Source: Pseudodesulfovibrio mercurii (GTDB lineage Bacteria; Desulfobacterota; Desulfovibrionia; Desulfovibrionales; Desulfovibrionaceae). From it: DNA of 32,000 nt. Positions 25,721 to 32,000 of the stretch are shown piece after piece (position 1 is the first letter of the stretch; every line of letters begins with the position of its first letter). The notes beneath the pieces were generated by a model. That model saw nothing but the letters and a program-made list of their open reading frames with translations, made no database searches and had not been told where the DNA came from. The DNA is taken from NCBI RefSeq assembly GCF_000189295.2, contig NC_016803.1, forward strand, positions 1,500,001 to 1,532,000, given 5' to 3'. The position numbers and the translations under genes were made by a program.

Positions 25721-28312
25721 CTAATTGCCCACCGCCTCTTCGGCGATGTGTTCAAACTCCTGACAATGCTCGTAAATCACGGCGTCGCTGACCATGGAGA
25801 CGTCCAACTGGCGGGTGTAGGCCACCAGCAGCCCGAGGATGCGCATGAGCCGTCCCAGGTCGCGGGCCATCCATCCCTTGGCCCGGGCCACCACCAGGTC
25901 GTCCTTGACGGTCACGGAGAAGTCAAAGCCGTTCAGGACCTCGGCCAGGAAGCGCGCCCTGCGCGACCGCCGGACCGCCCCGGTCACCCCGCCCGCAAAG
26001 CGGAACTGCACGCTGTTGCGCGAGTCGTCCTCGCTCCGGTAGCAGTCGATGAGCGTGAAGTGGTAACCGAGCTTCAGGCTCAGGTGCAGGTAACGGTCCG
26101 AGACCACGGCCAGGTTCTGGCCCATGCGCTTGACCCCGGCCGAGTCCGCCGAAAAGGTCCGGGTCATGCTCGACATGAAGCTCGAGAAGTCCACGGGCAC
26201 GGGGCTGGACTGCCAGACCCCCTCGGAGGTCACGCCGTCGATGAAGGCGCGCAGGGTCTCGGAGCGGACCTGGTCCGGGCGGACGGTCCGCCTGCGGCTG
26301 GGCGTGTCCACGTCCCCGGCGCAGGACGCGTCCAGGCCGCCGCCGATGTCCAGGACCACCAGGTCCAGGGGCACCGGGAGCTCCAGCCGCCCGCCGGGAC
26401 AGGCCTCCCCGGCCCCGGACGAAGTCGGCAGCTCGGTCAGGATCTCCACGGCCTTCTCGTGAATGAACCGGGCGATGTCGTGCATGGTCCGGCATCCCTG
26501 GGGCGTGAAGCCGCCGTCCTCGGGGTCCACCAGGTAGAGGGGCTCGATGAGCTTGAGCATGCGCCGCAACAGCCGGTACTCGTAGGTCTCCTCCATGCGG
26601 TCGCTCATGAAGTCGTGCAGGCGCAGCTCGCGGACCAGCCCCTGGTAGACGGTCTTCTGCTCGGCATCCAGGGTGATCACGTCGCCCTCCTTGAGGACCA
26701 GGGTGGCCCGGCTGACGTTGAGCAGGGCGGGCACCCGGTACTCGCGGGCGATGGTGGCCATGTGCCCGAGGGGCGAGCCGATGTCGGTGATGACACCCGA
26801 GGCCTTGGGCAGGACCGCGGCGTACTGGGGCGACGACAGGTGGGCCAGCAGGATGGCGCCCACGGGAAATTCCTCCAGGTCGCGCCCCTCCCAGGCCACG
26901 AAGACCGGGCCCGAGCCCACGCCCTGCTGGGCCACGTCGCCCTCGCCGCTGAGGAGCACCGGATACCCCTTGAGGACGTCGCTCAGGTCCGGGGAGTGCG
27001 GATCGTCGTACACCTCCATGCGCAGGGGCCGGGACTGGAGCACGATGAGCGCGCCGTCGCGGTCAAAGGCGAACTCCATGTCCTGGGGCTTCTTGAAATA
27101 CTGTTCCAGGCGGATGGCCGTGTCCGCCAGCAGCCGGATCTCGGCGGGCGACAGGCTGGGCCGGTCGCGCAGGGAGGCTTCCACCTCCCCGGTGAACACG
27201 GACCCCTCGGGGCCGGGCAGCAGGGCCGTCTTCTTGTGGGCCACGCTCTCCCGGAGCAGGGCGTGGGCGGGCTCGCGCGAGACCAGGAAACGGTCCGCCT
27301 CGACCTCGCCCGCGACCACCGGGGAGCCGAGCCCCCAGGCGGCGGCGATCTCGATGCCGCTCTCGCCGGACCGGACCGGGGACAGGGAATAGACCACCCC
27401 GCTGGTCCGGGCCTCGACCATGGCCTGCACGGACACGGCCATGAAGACCTCGTCCGGCTTGAAGTCGTACTCGCGCCGGTACTCCATGGCCGCCGGGGAA
27501 TAGGTGGAGGCCAGGACCTTGCGGTAGGCGTCGTGCAGGTCCTCGGGCCGGACGTTCAGGAAGCTGTCGTACTGCCCGGCGAAGGACAGGTCCCCGTCCT
27601 CGCCCCAGGCCGAACTGCGCACGGCCAGGCGCAGGGCGCCCTCCCCGGCTCCCCGGCGCAGGTTGTCGAGTTCGCGGCCCATGGCCCGGCGCACGCGCGG
27701 CGGGATGGACCCGGCCAGGATGCGCGAGCGGATCTTGCCCGAGGCCTCCTGCACGGTCATGGTCCCGTCGCGCCAGGCCCCCTCCAGCCCGACGATCTCC
27801 TCCTCGATGTCATTGAGTTCCATGAACAGCCGGTAGGCCGAGGTGGTCACCGCGAAACCGGGCGGCACGGCCCCGGCCGAGGCCTCGGCGATCATGGCCA
27901 GGCGGGTGGACTTGGCCCCTGCCGCGTCCATGTCCTTCAGGCGGATGTCCGCAAAGGCCATGGCCATGACGTCGGGCAGCACGGGCCTGCGCTCCATCTC
28001 GCTCTCCAGCTTGTGGCGGATGTCGCGGAAGATGGCGTACAGGCCGGGATACCGGCCCGGGGCCATGGCGTCGAAGGCGTCGATGAGCTCCCGGACCGTA
28101 TCCACGATGAACTGCTTCGAGGTGCGCAGGTACTGCACGTCGAAGATGTAGTCCCCGCCCAGCTTGTCGTGCATGGAGGCGATGGCCGTGAGGATGCGGT
28201 TGTTCAACTCGAGCACCTGCTGGAACTGCCGGAACAGGGCGGCCAGGGACACGCGTTCCCTGCGCCGCCTGCGCAGCAGCCTGGTGCGGATGTGATCGAG
28301 CAAGCCGAACAT
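25721..28312 (-). CDS. PEP/pyruvate-binding (PPDK_N) plus PEP-utilising swivelling-His domain protein with extra N- and C-terminal regions (PpsA-like, 863 aa)
   Basis: GAKSTRLAMIAE....PPGFAVTTSAY (PPDK_N start), AVRSSA.GED....FAGQYDS and the mobile His domain GVITDIGSPLGHMATIAREYRVPAL. The C-terminal 280 aa or so were not recognised as a canonical TIM barrel. Confidence 0.8.
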   Translation of the reverse strand: MFGLLDHIRTRLLRRRRRERVSLAALFRQFQQVLELNNRILTAIASMHDKLGGDYIFDVQYLRTSKQFIVDTVRELIDAFDAMAPGRYPGLYAIFRDIRHKLESEMERRPVLPDVMAMAFADIRLKDMDAAGAKSTRLAMIAEASAGAVPPGFAVTTSAYRLFMELNDIEEEIVGLEGAWRDGTMTVQEASGKIRSRILAGSIPPRVRRAMGRELDNLRRGAGEGALRLAVRSSAWGEDGDLSFAGQYDSFLNVRPEDLHDAYRKVLASTYSPAAMEYRREYDFKPDEVFMAVSVQAMVEARTSGVVYSLSPVRSGESGIEIAAAWGLGSPVVAGEVEADRFLVSREPAHALLRESVAHKKTALLPGPEGSVFTGEVEASLRDRPSLSPAEIRLLADTAIRLEQYFKKPQDMEFAFDRDGALIVLQSRPLRMEVYDDPHSPDLSDVLKGYPVLLSGEGDVAQQGVGSGPVFVAWEGRDLEEFPVGAILLAHLSSPQYAAVLPKASGVITDIGSPLGHMATIAREYRVPALLNVSRATLVLKEGDVITLDAEQKTVYQGLVRELRLHDFMSDRMEETYEYRLLRRMLKLIEPLYLVDPEDGGFTPQGCRTMHDIARFIHEKAVEILTELPTSSGAGEACPGGRLELPVPLDLVVLDIGGGLDASCAGDVDTPSRRRTVRPDQVRSETLRAFIDGVTSEGVWQSSPVPVDFSSFMSSMTRTFSADSAGVKRMGQNLAVVSDRYLHLSLKLGYHFTLIDCYRSEDDSRNSVQFRFAGGVTGAVRRSRRARFLAEVLNGFDFSVTVKDDLVVARAKGWMARDLGRLMRILGLLVAYTRQLDVSMVSDAVIYEHCQEFEHIAEEAVGN

Positions 28313-28328
28313 GGCCGGTCCCCCCGCC

Positions 28329-29063
28329 CTAGTGGGCGCTCCCGCGTTCCTGGAAGACCACGCTCATGAACAGCCCGGCCAGGATGGCGATGATCACGGC
28401 GGCCACGCCGTAGAGCAGCGAATGATCGAAGGCCAGTTTGGCCAGGAAGGCGGGCAGGCCCACGAGCTTGGTGTGCAGCTCCTCGGCTGCCATGTCCACG
28501 ATTTTGCCGTCCTTCACGGCCAGGACCTCGACCCGGTACACGCCCTGGTGCATGGCCGAGGGGATGGACAGCTCGGCCCGGAAGGAGCGCACGCCGCCCT
28601 CCTCGCCGGTGTACTGGACCACGCCGTTCTCCACCTCGTAGAAGCCGTCCTGCTCCATGAGCTTGATGAACTCGTCATAGATCCAGTCTTCGGTATCGCC
28701 CTTGACCGAGGCGAAGGCGAGGTCCGAGTGTTCCCAGTCGGCCTCGGACGCGCCGTCGGTGCCCATGAGGAAGACGTCGGGCACGCCCCGGATCTCCACG
28801 GCCCCGAGGTTCATCCACAGCAGGCCGAGCGCCTTGCCCTTCTTCTTGAAGGTCTTGTCGTGCGGCTCGCCGAGCAGGCGGATGACCGCGCTGGAGCCCT
28901 GGGGGACCGTGCCGGTGATGGTCACCCTGGTCCCGTTGAAGCCGGTGCCGATGGTCACCAGGTTGGGCCGCAGGGTCATCTTGACCGGGGTCTCGGCATG
29001 GACCGGAAGGGCCAGGAACAGGACGGCGGCAAGGGCCGCGCAAAGGGATGCGAACTTGGGCAT
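28329..29063 (-). CDS. Signal-peptide plus C-terminal-TM protein resembling the TIGR02186 / Alph_Pro_TM family that commonly partners TauE
   Basis: MPKFASLCAALAAVLFLALPVHA, a soluble domain of about 190 aa, and a C-terminal TM YGVAAVIIAILAGLFMSVVF. The ATG lies 2 nt after the TauE stop (translational coupling). The start was reset to 29063. Confidence 0.55.
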   Translation of the reverse strand: MPKFASLCAALAAVLFLALPVHAETPVKMTLRPNLVTIGTGFNGTRVTITGTVPQGSSAVIRLLGEPHDKTFKKKGKALGLLWMNLGAVEIRGVPDVFLMGTDGASEADWEHSDLAFASVKGDTEDWIYDEFIKLMEQDGFYEVENGVVQYTGEEGGVRSFRAELSIPSAMHQGVYRVEVLAVKDGKIVDMAAEELHTKLVGLPAFLAKLAFDHSLLYGVAAVIIAILAGLFMSVVFQERGSAH

Positions 29064-29065
29064 GA

Positions 29066-29995
29066 CTAGTGACCTCCGGCGATGGCCAGCAGCACGTCGG
29101 GCGTGACCAGCAGGTTGAGCAGCATCTTGACCATGACGGCCAGGACCAGGGTGGCCAGCAGGATCTTGAGCTGTTCGCCCTTGAGCTTGCGGCTGATGCG
29201 GGTGCCGAACTGCGCGCCCAGGGTGGAGCCGAGCAGGAGCAGGACCGCCAGGACGAAGTCCACGGTGTGGTTGGTGTAGGATTGCAGGATGGTCACGTTG
29301 ATGCAGGTGAACAGGATCTGGAACAGGCTGGTGCCGACGACCACGTGCATGGGCATGCGCAGCAGGTAGACCATGATCGGGACCATGATGAAGCCGCCGC
29401 CCACGCCCATGATGGCCGCGAGCACGCCCACCAGGACGCCGAGGACCAGGGGCATGAGCATGGACAGGCGCACCCCGGACTTGACGAAGTCTGTCTGGAA
29501 CGGGAGCTTCTCCATCATGACCGCGTAGCGCGATTTCCTGACCGGCCTGGCCGCGGCGCCCGGTTCGGGCTCCTTCTTGCGCAGGCTCTGCACGGACTCG
29601 ATGAACATGTACGAGCCCACGCCACCGAGCATGAGCACGTAGGTGACGTTGATCAGGAAGTCGGCGTTGCCCATGGCCTTCAGGACCTTGATGACCTGGA
29701 CGCCGCCGAAGCCGCCGAGCACGCCGCCGACGAGGAGCAGGATGCCCATCTTGAAGTCCACGTTGCCCAGCCGGTAGTGGGCCAGGCAGCCCGAGGTGGA
29801 CGCGCCCACGATCTGGTTGGAATCCGAGGCCGCGGCCACGGTCGGCGGGATGCCGAACATGATCAGCAGCGGCGTCATCAGGAACCCGCCGCCGACACCG
29901 AAGATGCCGGACAGCAGGCCGACGAACCCTCCCAGGGCGAACACCAGGAACACGTTGACGCTGTTCCCGGCGATGGGAAGATACATATGAAACAT
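29066..29995 (-). CDS. TauE/SafE (TSUP, DUF81) family anion exporter
   Basis: GGFVGLLSGIFGVGGGFLMTPLL is repeated in the second half as LAAIMGVGGGFIMVPIM, with about 8 TM helices. RBS GGAGGAG. Confidence 0.85.
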   Translation of the reverse strand: MFHMYLPIAGNSVNVFLVFALGGFVGLLSGIFGVGGGFLMTPLLIMFGIPPTVAAASDSNQIVGASTSGCLAHYRLGNVDFKMGILLLVGGVLGGFGGVQVIKVLKAMGNADFLINVTYVLMLGGVGSYMFIESVQSLRKKEPEPGAAARPVRKSRYAVMMEKLPFQTDFVKSGVRLSMLMPLVLGVLVGVLAAIMGVGGGFIMVPIMVYLLRMPMHVVVGTSLFQILFTCINVTILQSYTNHTVDFVLAVLLLLGSTLGAQFGTRISRKLKGEQLKILLATLVLAVMVKMLLNLLVTPDVLLAIAGGH

Positions 29996-30088
29996 CGATA
30001 CTCCTCCACAGGTTGAAATCCTTCTGCCGGACCGGACCCGCCGGGTCCGTGCCGTAGGCGGTCCGCCTCGCCCCCTTCGGGAGGCGGA

Positions 30089-30517
30089 TCACTTGCGCTT
30101 GCCGTGCGCGGACACCTTCTGCACCACCTCCACCTCGCAGCGGGTGGTGGTGTTCACCGCGTCAATCACCTTCATCAGCTTGGAATAGAGGGACTGGCGG
30201 CCAGACGGAGGGGCTCCGATGAAGAGCTTGGTCACGTTGTTCTCGCGAATGAACTTGGGGATCTCCTCCTCCATCCGCCCGCGGACCACGTAGTAATCGA
30301 GGCGGGCGCCCTCGGAGCGGCCTTCGGCCAGGATCGATTCCAGCCGCTTCTCGGGCGATCCGATCCACTCCCCGTCGTCCTCGATGCCGTCGAACTCCTC
30401 GTCCACCACCATGAGGATGGAGACGTTGACGGCCATGCGCCGGGTCAGTCCCATGGCGTAATAGGCGAGCCACAGGCTGGATTCCGATTTGTCCACTACG
30501 ATCAGTACGTTCTTCAT
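30089..30517 (-). CDS. Single-domain USP-like protein, first gene of the sigma-54-driven operon
   Basis: MKNVLIVVDKSESSLWLAYYAMGL... and KLFIGAPP. The start was reset to the ATG at 30517 (GGAAGG upstream). A hairpin at 30062-30088 abuts the stop. Confidence 0.6.
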   Translation of the reverse strand: MKNVLIVVDKSESSLWLAYYAMGLTRRMAVNVSILMVVDEEFDGIEDDGEWIGSPEKRLESILAEGRSEGARLDYYVVRGRMEEEIPKFIRENNVTKLFIGAPPSGRQSLYSKLMKVIDAVNTTTRCEVEVVQKVSAHGKRK

Positions 30518-30543
30518 TGTTTCCTTCCGTCGGCACCCCCTTG

Positions 30544-30560
30544 AGCAAGGGCGGTGCCAG
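30544..30560 (-). promoter_or_regulatory. Sigma-54 promoter (-24/-12)
   Basis: The minus strand reads cTGGCAC-CGCCC-TTGCt, a match to TGGCAC-N5-TTGCW. It lies 27 nt upstream of the ATG at 30517 and next to a sigma-54 activator gene. Confidence 0.75.
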
Positions 30561-30583
30561 GACGGCGGCGGGCAGCAACATCT

Positions 30584-30596
30584 CAATATGTTGATA
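30584..30596 (-). promoter_or_regulatory. IHF consensus site between the enhancer repeats and the sigma-54 promoter
   Basis: The minus strand reads TATCAACATATTG, matching WATCAA-N4-TTR at every specified position. It is embedded in an AT-rich tract. Confidence 0.5.
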
Positions 30597-30651
30597 TATA
30601 TGTAATTTATTTTCCGTTGTGCGGCTTTGGACAGACTTTCGGCCCGATTCA

Positions 30652-30667
30652 TGTTTCAAAATGAACA
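30652..30667. promoter_or_regulatory. Enhancer repeat 1, TGT-N10-ACA type
   Basis: TGTTTCAAAATGAACA is identical to 30862-30877, and the flanks are also similar (cgattcA... against cgaatcG...). Confidence 0.5.
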
Positions 30668-30798
30668 GCTGACCGGAAGACGGACGTCACCCGGCACGAA
30701 CCGGAAGCTGTCCGGAAGCTTGCCTGATAACCTGCTTGAATATCATGCGATAATAGAATCATGCCCGCCCGGAGCGGGCGTGCGGAGGGCGAAAAACA

Positions 30799-30814
30799 TG
30801 TTTCATTCTGAAAT
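30799..30814. promoter_or_regulatory. Degenerate enhancer repeat (left half conserved)
   Basis: TGTTTCATTCTGAAAT shares the ATGTTTCA half-site, but its right half is AAT rather than ACA. Confidence 0.3.
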
Positions 30815-30861
30815 ACCCATGGAGGACGACGGGTGCCCGAGACCGCTTTTCACGCGAATCG

Positions 30862-30877
30862 TGTTTCAAAATGAACA
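30862..30877. promoter_or_regulatory. Enhancer repeat 2, TGT-N10-ACA type
   Basis: TGTTTCAAAATGAACA lies exactly 210 bp (about 20 helical turns) from repeat 1. Confidence 0.5.
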
Positions 30878-31075
30878 GGCGGTCCGGAGCGAGTCCGGAG
30901 GGTGGTCTGGGCTTGTGCGGATTTTCCCGAAAAAAATGGCCGGAGAGTCGTCTTTTCGAAGAAAGTCAGGGGCGCGCACACCGGACAGGGGCCGAGGCCC
31001 GGCATGGGGAAAGGTCAGGAAAACAGTGGGTTGCCGACGAAGCGGCGCATCTTCCGCCCGCGCACCGCGGACGGA

Positions 31076-32000
<925 letters not shown>

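Overview
High-GC (about 65%) bacterial chromosome segment. Its gene content points to a Desulfovibrionales-type sulfate reducer (many sigma-54 activators, multihaem cytochrome c, DUF169, USP proteins); this placement is inference only. No rRNA, tRNA, CRISPR array, transposase or integrase was seen. There are four blocks. (1) 1-4693 (+): an amino-acid-type catabolic operon with two PLP enzymes, a YgeY-type M20 hydrolase and a D-aminoacylase, followed by a roughly 300-bp palindrome-rich repeat element. (2) 5019-7007 (-): a KefB/YbaL-type cation/proton antiporter. (3) 7260-20522 (-): a 13-gene co-directional envelope cluster. It encodes a 968-aa internally duplicated exported protein, a polytopic transporter, two micro-membrane proteins, two ComEA-like HhH proteins with Cys-containing C-termini, a tetrahaem cytochrome c, a DUF1573 protein, a sensor kinase with a sigma-54 response regulator, and two arylsulfotransferase-family beta-propellers. 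The DUF1573 protein appears to be a UGA-encoded selenoprotein that the ORF track splits into two ORFs. (4) 20942-32000: a TrmO-like gene and a hydrolase (+), then DUF169 and a sigma-54-driven operon (-) of USP, TauE, TIGR02186-like, PEP-utilising enzyme, CheY-like REC, USP and USP, with its enhancer-binding protein cut by the window edge. The best candidate for an undescribed system is block 3, centred on the Sec-DUF1573 and tetrahaem cytochrome pair. All family assignments come from motif recognition by eye; no database search was run.
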